Origin: Octopus sinensis
Taxonomy: Eukaryota
DNA: 64,000 nucleotides
Reading direction: 5' to 3'
Assembly (NCBI RefSeq): GCF_006345805.1
Contig: NC_043007.1
Coordinates: forward strand, 18,042,001-18,106,000
Below the pieces are notes generated by a model. The model was not told the origin of the DNA, made no database searches, and saw only the letters and a program-made list of their open reading frames with translations. The position numbers were made by a program, and so were the translations under genes. Positions 1-12,642 of the stretch are shown here, piece by piece (the stretch's first letter is position 1; the number at the start of each line of letters is the position of its first letter).

Positions 1-499
1 AAAGGCGGTGCTCCAGCATGGCCGCAGTCAAATTACTGAAACAAGTAAAAGAGAGAAATGTTTCAAACTGTTGTATATTATCTAGCTTTTATTTATTTTT
101 ATTTATCTATTTATTATTTTTTTTGTGAGGTGGGGGGGGGTCTCTGTTAAAGGAAATGTAGAAATAAGGATACACTTACTTTGTGATGAAATCAGAACAG
201 AGTATCCAGCTTTGCTTTACAAGGATCATCAGAACTTGAGGGTCATGTCCACATGTGCACTCTAACCCAATCTCTGGCCAGAAACTACTCTCTCTCTCTC
301 AGAGATTCCTTCCACATGTCTGTTCCTTTCAATGTTCTGACAAAAAAAAAAGGCTATTCAAATTCCTCACTTCTTGATGTGACATCGCTTTCTCTCACTT
401 CTGGCCTGAATGTCTCCCTTCCTCCCTCACTTCCTGTCCCAACTTTTTCCTTTACGCCTCCACATTGTCTCCACCCCCCTACACACACATGTTAGTATT

Positions 500-1660
500 T
501 TTTTTCAGTAACATATGGCAACAAACAACAGAGTACCAAGAACAAATTTCTATGGAACACTGGATGTCATTGCATAAGGCACAGAATGTTGTCTTAGAAC
601 TGTAGCTATCTCTATCAACCAATGATGAAAGATTTCATCCTGTTATAGAAGCTAGCCTTCCAGGCCAATGCAGAGAGCTTTACCATAGGTTGTTTGCATA
701 GGACAGAATTACAAGTCTTGGCAAAGTGGAGATAGATAACATTCACCAATAAACAGACATCTATGATTTAAATGATGCCTTTAAGAAGTTTGATAAACTG
801 ATGATAGCAGCTAGAGTTAGGAAAAAAATCCAAATTGTGAGAACTGAATAAGGTTTTGAGAGTCCTAAAGCCAATTCTTCAAAAGTGGTTGGGTGTCACA
901 CTGATACAGGACTTCATCAATTTTGTGATACAGCTAGTGAAATTGACTGGTCAGTAATTGACAGGGAATGTGAGTTTGCCCTTTTTGAGCAGGGAAATAG
1001 CAGTCTTCCCATGTTTTGAAGTAATGCAGTTAACATTGGTGTTTAACAAGGCATGAATTGTTTAAAAGATAAAGTGACAATGACAAGGAATATTTCATCA
1101 GAACACTAGCTTTAGATATTTCCCAGAGGTCATAATAGGAACTTCAGCAATCCTTATAGACTTAGTTCTTGAAATTCTGTTGCAGGTCAAAATAGATCAT
1201 TACATATTTCTTAGTATAAAGGAAACACAATTTTTTAATTATATTTAGTAAAACTACTTCAATTATATAAGATGGTATAGTAGAAAGATGTCACCATATT
1301 TGAGAAGCAGCTAAGTAACACCATAAAGGCTAAGAGAAGGAGAGTTGTGCTTATGCTTGATAATACACCACAGTATTGCAGGATTTACATTCAACAGATG
1401 TTGTGGGATTTAATATCTCTTGTGGTGAAGATGATACATTTGGATTTTCAACGGTAAAAATGCATGCAAACTTCGACAATAAACTTGGGAATTATCTGTA
1501 ATCTGATCTGTGAGGAAATTGTGGAGAGAGCCAGCTGGAGAGTGAGAACCGTGTTTTGAATGCAAATATTTCCAGAACACTTTACTATCTGAGTTGACTG
1601 TTATGTGTTGTTCAAATTGAAGCACTGAATCTTTAGTCACCTGATTGATCTGGTTGAATG
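500..1660 (-). mobile_element. Degraded CR1/L2-type LINE reverse transcriptase remnant
   Basis: Minus-strand translation with stops and frameshifts gives SKVFWKYLHSK, VNY*PVNFTSCITKLMKSCI, NLIQFSQFGFFPNSSCYHQ, VIYLHFAKTCNSV and TSSVP*KFVLGTLLF. These correspond to the canonical NYRPVSLTS, SQFGF, YLDFAKAFDSV and GVPQGSVLGPLLF motifs. Confidence 0.8.
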
Positions 1661-1680
1661 CTCTGTTGTGCCTTCTTTTA

Positions 1681-2070
1681 CTCTTTTACGCGTTTCAGTC
1701 ATTTGACTGCAGCCATGCTGGAGCACCGCCTTTAGTCGAGCAAATCAACACCAGAACTTATTCTTTGTAAGCCCAGTACTTATTCTATCGGTCTCTTTTG
1801 CCGAACCGCTAAGTGACGGGGACGTAAACACACCAGCATCGGTTGTCAAGCAATGCTAGGGGGGACAAACACACACACACACACATATATATATATACAT
1901 ATATATGACAGGCTTCTTTCAGTTTCCGTCTACCAAATCCACTCACATGGCATTGGTCGGCCCGGGGCTATAGCAGAAGACACTTGCCCAAGATGCCACG
2001 CAGTGGGACTGAACCCGGAACCATGTGGTTGGTTAGCAAGCTACTTACCACACAGTCATTCCTGTGCCTG
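1681..2070 (-). mobile_element. Family C SINE (tRNA head, CORE-like domain, internal microsatellite), full length
   Basis: Perfect 20-bp TSD ctctgttgtgccttctttta at 1661-1680 and 2071-2090. About 25 related copies occur in the window. Confidence 0.9.
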
Positions 2071-2409
2071 CTCTGTTGTGCCTTCTTTTATAATCCACCG
2101 TTCTATATATTCTGTAGTCATGTTCAACATTTCATTATTCTCTCCTGGTCGGGAGTCTTCTAAACTGCACATTTGAAGTTTCTAATGTGTTTTATATGGA
2201 ACCACCCCTTTGGTTCTAAGGTCACATTCCTAGTGCCACCCCCACCCCCTGCCCACACTCACCATCATAGACCTAGACCATTTTCTGTAACAAATCCAAT
2301 GCTGTGTATGTAGCCCAGATTGAATTGAAAATGTGTAGAAGAATCATACAGACATCTCCAGAATCAGAAAATTCAAGACAGAGTACGAACTCAGTACAGT
2401 AAGAGTTCT

Positions 2410-2794
2410 GGATGGAAGCACTCCATCGGTTACGACGACGAGGGTTCCGGTTGATCCGATCAACGGAACAGCCTGCTCGTGAAATTAACATGTAAGTGGC
2501 TGAGCACTCCACAGACACGTGTACCCTTAACGTAGTTCTCGGGGATATTCAGCGTGACACAGAGAGTGACAAGGCCGGCCCTTTGAAATACAGGTACAAC
2601 AGAAACAGGAAGTAAGAGTGAGAGAAAGTTGTGGTGAAAGAGTACAGCAGGGATCACCACCATCCCCTGCCGGAGCCTCGTGGAGCTTTAGGTGTTTTCG
2701 CTCAATAAACACTCACAACACCCAGTCTGGGAATTGAAACTGCGATCCTATGACCGCGAGTCCGCTGCCCTAACCACTGGGCCATTGCGCCTCC
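2410..2794 (-). mobile_element. Family R SINE (tRNA-Arg-like head), long 3' body
   Basis: A/B-box head ggaggcgcaatggcccagtggttagggcagcggactcgcgg. 14-bp TSD acagtaagagttct at 2396-2409 and 2795-2808. Confidence 0.85.
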
Positions 2795-3053
2795 ACAGTA
2801 AGAGTTCTATGCATGTGTGTGTGTGTGTTTGTGTGTGTGTGAACATGTGTTTTTGTTCTACACTTTGTATATAAAAAGTGCTGAGCTACAAGTAAGAAAG
2901 TTTGTTATCATGCCTTGTCCATAAATTGTCTGCTAGCTCTACTCTTTCAAACACATGAAGAACAAAATATCCTTGGGCTGGAATTAGTGATAGAAAAAAC
3001 ATCTGATTGTAAAACAGTTCTTCAATAATATGTGTTTGTTCAGTCCACTAGAG

Positions 3054-3352
3054 CAGTGGTTCCCAAACTTTTTCAGGTTACCACCCCCTTGGTTCTAAGG
3101 TCACATTCCTAGTGCCCTCCCCCCCACCGCCGCCCATACTCGCCATCACAGACCTAGACCATTTTCTGTAACAAATCCAAAACAACAGTATTTCACAGAA
3201 AAAACTTAACCTAATCAGCCCTTTATTTTGTTTGTTTTTTTTTCTTTTTACATACATTGCCCCATTTTGGTCATCCCGTTATTGCCCCGTTTTACTGGAT
3301 CTTTCCACTGCCCTCAGTGGGGTGTGGTACCACCCACTTTGGGAACCCACTG
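3054..3352 (+). mobile_element. hAT (Charlie-like) MITE
   Basis: TIRs cagtggttcccaaa...tttgggaacccactg and 8-bp TSD cactagag/cattagag. Confidence 0.85.
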
Positions 3353-3560
3353 CATTAGAGAATGAGAATAAAACTGGCATAGAAACATATTAACAAATAA
3401 TACAATCTAAAATGTCATAATCGTCTCCTGGATTGTATCGTTATGAAGCTCACTTTGCAATCATGTGGTTTCAGAGTGTCTTCTGCTATAGTCCTGTCTT
3501 GGACTGACCAATGTATTATAAGGGAATTTGGTTGGCAGAAATTGCATGGAAGCAATTGAA

Positions 3561-3791
3561 GGTGGTGAGCTGACAGAAACGTTAGCATGCCGGACAAAAT
3601 GCTTAGCAGTATTTCGTCTGCCACTACGTTCTGAGTTCAAATTCCGCCGAGGTCGACTTTGCCTTTCATCTTTTCGGGGTCGATTAAATAAGTACCAGTT
3701 ACGCACTGGGGTCGATATAATCGACTTAATCCATTTGTCTGTCCTTGTTTGTCTCCTCTGTGTTTAGCCCCTTGTGGGCAATAAAGAAATA
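3561..3791 (+). mobile_element. Family N SINE monomer
   Basis: Head, gcctttcatcctttcggggtcgat core and aaagaaata end. Flanked by near-identical agaaattgc(a/g)tggaagca. Confidence 0.85.
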
Positions 3792-4370
3792 AGAAATTGC
3801 GTGGAAGCAGATCATGTATAATGTGTGCATGTGTGTGTGTGTGTTTATCTATGTGCATGTGTGTTTGTGCTTCCACCATCACTTGACAACCAGTGTTGGT
3901 TTGTTTACATTCTTATAACTTAGCAGTTTGGTAAAAGACACTGAATCCAATGACTAAAACAACTAAAAGGTAAAAGATAAAATAAAAAAAAAAAGATACA
4001 TATGTTGGGGACTTGCAGAGGTAATATGGCTCCAGATGACAACTAGAGAATATATTAACTAAAAGATAGTCAAAATAGAAGCAGAAAAGGTGAAACTTTA
4101 AGTGTCTGATAAACACATACCAATAACTAAATTATGTACACAGCCTACAGTAATCTGTCTTATCTTCAACATTTATAGTCAGAAGTGTATCTAGATCGTT
4201 ATCACATTAAAACATCACACACCAGTCATTGAACCATATACGTTGAATATTTCTATGCTTTATATTTTACTTGTAGCAACATCTGGTTTTGCTCAGATTT
4301 ATGAATACCTAAAGTATACATCACATGATCATGTGCTTGACTATACTATTGGATGCTATTATACATTGCT

Positions 4371-7300
4371 GGCGAGCTGGCAGAAATGTTAGCGCACCGG
4401 GCGAAATGCTTAGCGGTATTTCGTCTGTCATTACGTTCTGAGTTCAAATTCCGCCGAGGTCGACTTTGCCTTTCATCCTTTCGGGGTCGATAAATTAAGT
4501 ACCAGTTACGCACTGGGATCGATGTAATCCACTTAATCCCTTTGTCTGTCCTTGTTCGTCCTTTCTGTGTTTAGCCCCTTGTGGGTAGTAAAGAAATAGG
4601 TATTTCGTCTGTCGTTACGTTCTGAGTTCAAATTCCGCCGAGGTTGACTTTGCCTTTCATCCTTTTGGGGTCGATAAATTAAGTACCAGTTATGCACTGG
4701 GCTCGATGTAATCCACTTAATCCCTTTGTCTGTCCTTGTTTGTCCTTTCTGTGTTTAGCCCCTTGTGGGTAGTAAAGAAATAGGTATTCGTCTGTCGTTG
4801 TACGTTCTGAGTTCAAATTCCGCCGAGGTTGACTTTGCCTTTCATCCTTTTGGGGTCGATAAATTAAGTATACCAGTTATGCACTGGGCTCGATGTAATC
4901 CACTTAATCCCTTTGTCTGTCCTTGTTGTCCTTTCTGTGTTTAGCCCCTTGTGGGTAGTAAAGAATAGGTATTTCGTCTGTCGTACGTTCTGAGTTCAAA
5001 TTCCGCCGAGGTTGACTTTGCCTTGCCTTTCATCCTTTTGGGGTCGATAAATTAAGTACCAGTTATGCACTGGGATCGATGTAATCGACTTAATACCTAT
5101 GTCTGTCCTTGTTTGTCCCCTCTGTGTTTAGCCCCTTGTGGGTAGTAAAGAAATAGGTATTTCGTCTGTCGTTACGTTCTGAGTTCAAATTCCGCCGAGG
5201 TTGACTTTGCCTTTCATCCTTTTGGGGTCGATAAATTAAGTACCAGTTATGCACTGGGCTCGATGTAATCCACTTAATCCCTTTGTCTGTCCTTGTTTGT
5301 CCTTTCTGTGTTTAGCCCCTTGTGGGTAGTAAAGAAATAGGTATTTCGTCTGTCGTTACGTTCTGAGTTCAAATTCCGCCGAGGTTGACTTTGCCTTTCA
5401 TCCTTTTGGGGTCGATAAATTAAGTACCAGTTATGCACTGGGCTCGATGTAATCCACTTAATCCCTTTGTCTGTCCTTGTTTGTCCTTTCTGTGTTTAGC
5501 CCCTTGTGGGTAGTAAAGAAATAGGTATTTCGTCTGTCGTTACGTTCTGAGTTCAAATTCCGCCGAGGTTGACTTTGCCTTTCATCCTTTTGGGGTCGAT
5601 AAATTAAGTACCAGTTATGCACTGGGCTCGATGTAATCCACTTAATCCCTTTGTCTGTCCTTGTTTGTCCTTTCGTGTTTAGTAGCCCCTTGTGGGTAGT
5701 AAAGAAATAGGTATTTCGTCTGTCGTTACGTTCTGAGTTCAAATTCCGCCGAGGTTGACTTTGCCTTTCATCCTTTTGGGGTCGATAAATTAAGTACCAG
5801 TTATGCACTGGGCTCGATGTAATCGACTTAATCCCTTGTCTGTCCTTGTTTGTCCTTTCTGTGTTTAGCCCCTTGTGGGTAGTAAAGAAATAGGTATTTC
5901 GTCTGTCGTTACGTTCTGAGTTCAAATTCCGCCGAGGTTGACTTTGCCTTTCATCCTTTTGGGGTCGATAAATTAAGTACCAGTTATGCACTGGGCTCGA
6001 TGTAATCCACTTAATCCCTTTGTCTGTCCTTGTTTGTCCTTTCTGTGTTTAGCCCCTTGTGGGTAGTAAAGAATAGGTATTTCTGTCGTTACGTTCTGAG
6101 TTCAAATTCCGCCGAGGTTGACTTTGCCTTTCATCCTTTTGGGGTCGATAATTAAGTACCAGTTATGCACTGGGATCGATGTAATCGACTTAATACCTAT
6201 GTCTGTCCTTGTTTGTCCCCTCTGTGTTTAGCCCCTTGTGGGTAGTAAAGAAATAGGTATTTCGTCTGTCGTTCGTTCTGAGTTCAAATTCCGCCGAGGT
6301 TGACTTTGCCTTTCATCCTTTTGGGGTCGATAAATTAAGTACCAGTTTGCACTGGGCTCGATGTAATCCACTTAATCCCTTTGTCTGTCCTTGTTGTCCT
6401 TTCTGTGTTTAGCCCCTTGTGGGTAGTAAAGAAATAGGTATTTCGTCTGTCGTTACGTTCTGAGTTCAAATTCCGCCGGGGTTGACTTTGCCTTTCATCC
6501 TTTTGGGGTCGATAAATTAAGTACCAGTTATGCACTGGGCTCGATGTAATCCACTTAATCCCTTTGTCTGTCCTTGTTTGTCCTTTCTGTGTTTAGCCCC
6601 TTGTGGGTAGTAAAGAAATAGGTATTTCGTCTGTCGTTACGTTCTGAGTTCAAATTCCGCCGGGGTTGACTTTGCCTTTCATCCTTTTGGGGTCGATAAA
6701 TTAAGTACCAGTTATGCACTGGGCTCGATGTAATCCACTTAATCCCTTTGTCTGTCCTTGTTGTCCTTCTGTGTTTAGCCCTTGGGGGTAGTAAAGAAAT
6801 AGGTATTTCGTCTGTCGTTACGTTCTGAGTTCAAATTCCGCCGAGGTTGACTTTGCCTTTCATCTTTTGGGGTCGATAAATTAAGTACCAGTTATGCACT
6901 GGGATCGATGTAATCGACTAATCCCTTTGTCTGTCCTTGTTCGTCCTTTCTGTGTTTAGCCCCTTGTGGGTAGTAAAGAAATAGGTATTTCGTCTGTCGT
7001 TACGTTCTGAGTTCAAATTCCGCCGAGGTTGACTTTGCCTTTCATCCTTTGGGGGTCGATAAATTAAGTACCAGTTGGCACTGGGATCGATGTAATCCAC
7101 TAATCCTTTGTCTGTCCTTGTTTGTCTTTCTGTGTTTAGCCTTGTGGGTAGTAAAGAAATAGGTATTTCGTCTGTCGTTACGTTCTGAGTTCAAATTCCG
7201 CCGAGGTTGACTTTGACTTTGCCATCCTTTTGGGGTCGATAAATTAAGTACCAGTTATGCACTGGGATCGATGTAATCCACTTAATCCCTTTGTCTGTCC

Positions 7301-7529
7301 TTGTTCGTCCTTTCTGTGTTTAGCCCCTTGTGGGTAGTAAGAAATAGGTATTTCGTCTGTCGTTACGTTCTGAGTTCAAATTCCGCGAGGTTGACTTTGC
7401 CTTTCATCCTTTTGGGGTCGATAAATTAAGTACCAGTTATGCACTGGGATCGATGTAATCGACTTAATCCCTTTGTCTGTCCTTGTTTGTCCCATCTAAG
7501 TTTAGCCCCTTGTGGGTAGTAAAGAAATA
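4371..7529 (+). repeat. Tandem array of 17 x ~184-bp units derived from a family N SINE, with one 5' head
   Basis: Units start at about 4415, 4599, 4783, 4968, 5156, 5340, 5524, 5710, 5893, 6076, 6256, 6438, 6621, 6802, 6984, 7162 and 7347. The whole array is flanked by tattat(a/g)cattgct at 4357-4370 and 7530-7543. Confidence 0.95.
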
Positions 7530-7668
7530 TATTATGCATTGCTGGTCACAATGCATGCTTTGCATTGTTTTAGCTTTCAGAAGAACGCTGGTGAGCAGGC
7601 TAGCATCCCACATGATTGGAGGGTTAGTCTGTTGTAGAGTTGCCCGTTTACGACTGATTAGTCTAAAG

Positions 7669-8163
7669 CAGTGGTCCCCAAAGTAAGTGGTACTGCCTCC
7701 TTGGAGGTGGTGGAAAGATCCTTGTGGGGTGGTAGAGAGATCCCGGGCGTGTTGAGGACCTTTTGGCCATCCTATTATTGATAAGCTGGTGACAGCAGCT
7801 AGAATTAGGAAAAAAAATCCAAATTGTGAGAATTGAATAAGGTTTTGAGAGTCCCAAAGCCAGTTCTTGAAAAGTGGTTGGGTGTCACACTGATACAGGA
7901 CTTCATCAATTTTGTAATACAGCTAGTGAAATTGACAGGGAATGGTCTTTATGGGATGATAATAGGGTGGCCAAAAGGCTGTGATGGAGGTAAAGAAACA
8001 AACCCTAAGATAATTGGTTAAGATAAATTTTATTTGCAAAATACAATTTTTTTAATTTGCTGCAGAAAGTGGTCTACGTTTCTGGTAGTGAGTGGGGTGA
8101 GGTGCTGGGAATGTGCTCTGGGTACCAAGTGGGTGGCAGCCTGAAAAAGTTTGGGAACCCTTG
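7669..8163 (-). mobile_element. hAT MITE, reverse orientation, carrying an internal captured fragment
   Basis: TIRs cagtggtccccaaa...tttgggaacccttg and TSD gtctaaag/gtctagag. Homologous to 3054-3352. Confidence 0.8.
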
Positions 8164-8171
8164 GTCTAGAG

Positions 8172-8451
8172 CAGTGGTTACCAAACTTTTTTGGGCTGCC
8201 AACTCCTTGGCACCCCAGCCACATTCCTAGTGCCCCCACCCCAACTGACCATCACAAGCATAGACCTCTTTCTGAAGGAAATTCAAAGCAACTGTATTTC
8301 ACAAATAAAACTTAACCTAATGAACCTATTATTTTGTTGTTTTTACATGAATCGCTACCCCATTATTGCCCCACTTTTCTTCAACGCCCCACCCCTGGAA
8401 CTCCCCCCTCCCAAGGGTGGGGGTCAATACTACTCACTTTGGGAACCACTG
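8172..8451 (+). mobile_element. hAT MITE
   Basis: TIRs cagtggttaccaaa...tttgggaaccactg and TSD gtctagag/gtctagat. Confidence 0.85.
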
Positions 8452-8862
8452 GTCTAGATCAACATGAAATGAAGAATTTTGTTCAAGAACACCAGCTAAC
8501 CTATTTTCCATTACATTTCAGACAGATTCAGCTCAGAGTTATAACAAATATTCTGCCCAATACCACAGATTTGCTTGTCAGTGGCTTGACCATAACTATT
8601 TGAGCATGTCCCTTAGTGATTGACATGTGCATCCCTGACGATGAGCTAGAGTAGTTGAGGAGCATCTTAGCCATGTGTTGATGCTTTGGGATTTGAATAA
8701 GGGATTCTTTGGGGTTTTAATAAATGTAACAAAAGCAAAGTTTGAAGGAAACATTAACCATTTTTTCATACTTTCTTGGCGTAAGCAAATAAGAAATAAC
8801 AGTTGCCAAAGACATAAATCATGTTACACAGTGGAATTAATCCCTTAATTGACTGGGGTTTT

Positions 8863-9397
8863 TGGCATCCGTGCTAGTGGAGCATTAAGAGCACCATCCG
8901 AGCGTGATCACTGCCAGAACAGCTAACTGGCTTCTGTGCCAATGGCACGTAAAAAGTACTATTCGAGCGTGATCATTAGCAGCGTTGCCCTACTGGCACC
9001 TGTGCCGGTGGCACGGGAAAAAACATTCAAGCGAGGTCGTTGCCAGTGCCGCTGTACTGGCTCCTGTGCAGGTGGCACGTAAAAAACACCATTTGAGTGT
9101 GGCCATTGCCAGTACCGCCTGACTGGCCCTTATGCGGGTGGCACATAAAAGTACCCACTACACTCTCGGAGAGATTGGCCGTTGCCAGTACCACCTGACT
9201 GGCCCCTGTGCTGGTGGCACATAAAAAGCACCCACCATGCTCTCGGAGTGGTTGGTGTTAGGAAGGGCATCCAGCTGTAGAAACTCTGCCAGACCAAACT
9301 GGAGCCTGGTGCAGCCATCTGGTTTGCCAGTTGTCAGTCAAATCGTCCAACCCATGCTAGCATGGAAATCAGACGTCAAGCGATGATGATGATAATG
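8863..9397 (+). mobile_element. Family M SINE-like element with internal hairpin VNTR and (GAT)n tail
   Basis: Repeated gtgccggtggcacgtaaaaagcacc units, conserved ggttggcgttaggaagggcatccagctgtagaaac block and gatgatgat end. Confidence 0.8.
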
Positions 9398-9814
9398 AAC
9401 TTTATATCACATTGCATCTTTACAAAATTACTTTCCAGCAGTTCTTGTGTTAAACAAATTATAGACATTTTCATTATGTATTTAGATGCCTAGAAACTAT
9501 AGTATTTAGTTACGGAATATTTCACATCTCCAGAGAAATTACTAGTTATCACTGTGCCACTTCACCACATCTCATGCCAGGATTCAACACTTGCGTCATG
9601 TGTGCACAATCTACATAAATATTTTGCTTTAGTCACAAATTTAGATCAATTCTTCTTAGCGAAACAACAGAACTGCACTCCTTAGGGAGTTATATCTATA
9701 TATTTCAGACCCCAAAAAAAAAAAATAATCAATATAGCTGCCAATTTTCATAAAAAAAAAATAAGGCTTACACAATGTACAAACTAAGTAAATATTGCTT
9801 GGCACAAATATGTG

Positions 9815-10545
9815 TGTAATCAGTATGACTTATGTGTTGTAAGAAAAAATTTGCTTCCCAGAGGGTTCAGTCAAACAGCATGGCACCTTGGGCAAGTGTC
9901 TTCTGCTATAGCTCCAGGCTGACAAGAAAGAGCTTTGTAAGTGGATTTAGCAGACAGAAACTGAAAAAAAAGAAAGTTGTATATATGTATATATATATGT
10001 GTGTGCCTAGATCTTTGTATTTGCGTTTGCCTCCCACTGCTGCTTGACAATTGGGGTTGGTTTGTACACATCCCTATAACTTAGTAATTTGGCAAAAGAA
10101 ACAGATAGAATAAGTACCAGGCTTTTAAAAAAAAAAGTACTGGGTTCGATTTACTCTTTTACTTGTTTCAGTCATTTGACTGTGGCCATGCTGGGGCACC
10201 GCCTTTAGTCGAGCGAATCGATCCCGGGACTTATTCTTTGTAAGCCTAGTACTTATTCCATCGGTCTCTTTTGACAAACCGCTAAGTTACAGGGACGTAA
10301 ACACACCAGCATCTGTTGTCAAGTGATGTTGGGAGGACAAACACAGGCACACAAACATATACACACACATACACATATATATATATATACATATATACAA
10401 CGGGCTTTCAGTTTCCATCAACCAAATCCACTCACAAGGTTTTGATCAGCCTGAAGCTATAGTAGAAGACACTTGCCCAAGTTGCCACGTAGTGGGACTG
10501 AACCTGGAACTATGTGGTTGGTAAGCAAGCTACTTACCACGCAGA
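9815..10545. mobile_element. Two family C SINEs, tail-to-tail (plus copy ~9815-10150, minus copy ~10152-10545)
   Basis: Both match the family C consensus in opposite orientations and are essentially adjacent. Confidence 0.75.
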
Positions 10546-12642
10546 CTACTCAGAAGATATTTAAAGGAAATTTTTCTAAGCATCACATAATAAGATCAAA
10601 CCCAGAACCATGCAGTTTCTTTGAAATAAACTTGATTACCACAGGCATGACCATGCCACATAAAACACGATATGTAAAAACACTTTATCCCAAAGTCCTC
10701 AATCTTTTAGAATTTAAACAGGTCATATCTGGCCAAAATATTCTACCTGTATCATGTTCAAACCAGCTATATCTGGCCTCTCATACCTACCATACAATAT
10801 TGTAGCAATAAACATTTTAGCCATTTTGAAATATGGCGCGAATTGGCAATAGATGTAATGTCTTTGCCGAAGAATTATTATTTTCGTTTTTTCCATTATA
10901 ACTGCTCATATAAAGATTCTAAAAGTTTCGTAAAGAATATTTGTAATGAATTTCGAATCTTTTAAGTCAAGTTGAGCAGTTATAAAAACCCTGGATTTGG
11001 GGAAAAACTTCAGTGTTCGTTGGATGTCACTAAACTCCACGACACTCACTCTTTTGAGACATCGGTAATTCACATGCCATGTCTAAAGTTAATCACAAGT
11101 CTATTTTGAATTGTTGATTAATGTATTAGTTAGAAATAAGAATTAGTTAATGAATTTATAGTTGTTCTTCTACACGACAAAATTATCTTTCTTTCCTACT
11201 GTAAATAACATAAAATGTTATATTTATATAATAAAAATAATTAAGGAAATGTTTCTCTTCACGTTTGTTTTTCAACTGAGCATAAATAAATATGCATTTC
11301 TGTAATCCTTAATTTATATTTTCTTATAGAGGTTAAAAGGACACGAAGAAAATATTCAACATACATGTCATTAATATTCATAGCGTTTCATGTGTATATG
11401 TCTCTATGACGTTATATACTGTAGTTAGGGTTTTAGGTATAATGATAACACTTAAGTATAAGTGACGTTTAATCATTATATTCTCCCTTACACAGAAAAA
11501 AGCCAAATAAAATAATATAACCTAAGAGAAAGCTTAAGGTAGAATAAACAAACCGCCATAATATCATTCTAAAAATAATCAATCACATCATTGAAATCTC
11601 AAATGTACAAGATAATTCAGGGTTAATTCATACCTGTGTGAATAAATAAGTTTTACCTTTGTCAGAGTAATCTGAATGCTTAAGTTATCAAAGTGAAAAA
11701 ACAGGAGACAAAACTTAATTCAGTGACATTTCTTCTGCTGACTGGAGAAGAGTTGCACATCAGTGAATAGAAAAATGTTTACACAAACAAGGATAACAAC
11801 AACAATCAAGTACAAAGTGAGTCAGAAAGAAAACACGACGATGCCAGACTGAAGAAAAACCTGACAAAGATTAATTTCTGCAGCAAAAATTTATAGAGCA
11901 TTATAAACACTGTCTCTCTAGAACTTGCCACGTGTATATTCCAGACATTGAACATAGCTACTGAATACACATTGACAGTTGGCAAAAACCAATATCTTCA
12001 ACCAAAGTGTTATATGTCAAATGCTGATGACTAACAACTAAACATCAAGTAATCTTCTTATACAACACTGCAAGACACAATCCTTGTATTAAAATCACTA
12101 TGACAAAGTAGAATTTGTGATCAAATTCTACAAAGCCAAAGTTCTGAAAGAATGTCGCAAAGAACTAGTTAGTCTCTACCAGAGCCTCTTTCACTTTCAC
12201 TTTTGCTTTACTGGCATAATTCCAGACTAGTGTAAGATCACATTTGTAAATAGAGGCTTGAACCACCAGACTGCTGGATTTCTAGCATCTCTCAGTATTG
12301 TCAGCAAAGTAATGGAATAAGTAATTTATTGATCCTCAAACAACTACATGGTTACTTTCTGAAAAATTAACTCATTTGTAGAAGGCAGTTTTTCTTTTCT
12401 TTTTTTGACACAGTTTACATGAAAATGGAAACTGATGAAGTAAATTTTGAGGTTGATCCTGATCTGTCATTCATCTGGTAAAATCAGTCCCCTGTGGCTT
12501 AATACTTGGCTAGCTTCTCTTTTCAATTTTCATTTATGATTTCATTAACATATGTGAAAATGAACTCTACATCCATGCCAGTAATGCCATGCTGTTTCTA
12601 TCAGTATGCCAGGTGAAATAGACTTTGTAGCTGCCAGTTTAA

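Noticed and set aside
4371-7529. ORFs within the array (5458-5991, 6335-6535, 6918-7100) as a repeat protein
   Set aside because: They are antisense translations of a SINE unit. The same peptide appears at every family N copy, and the frames are broken by indels.
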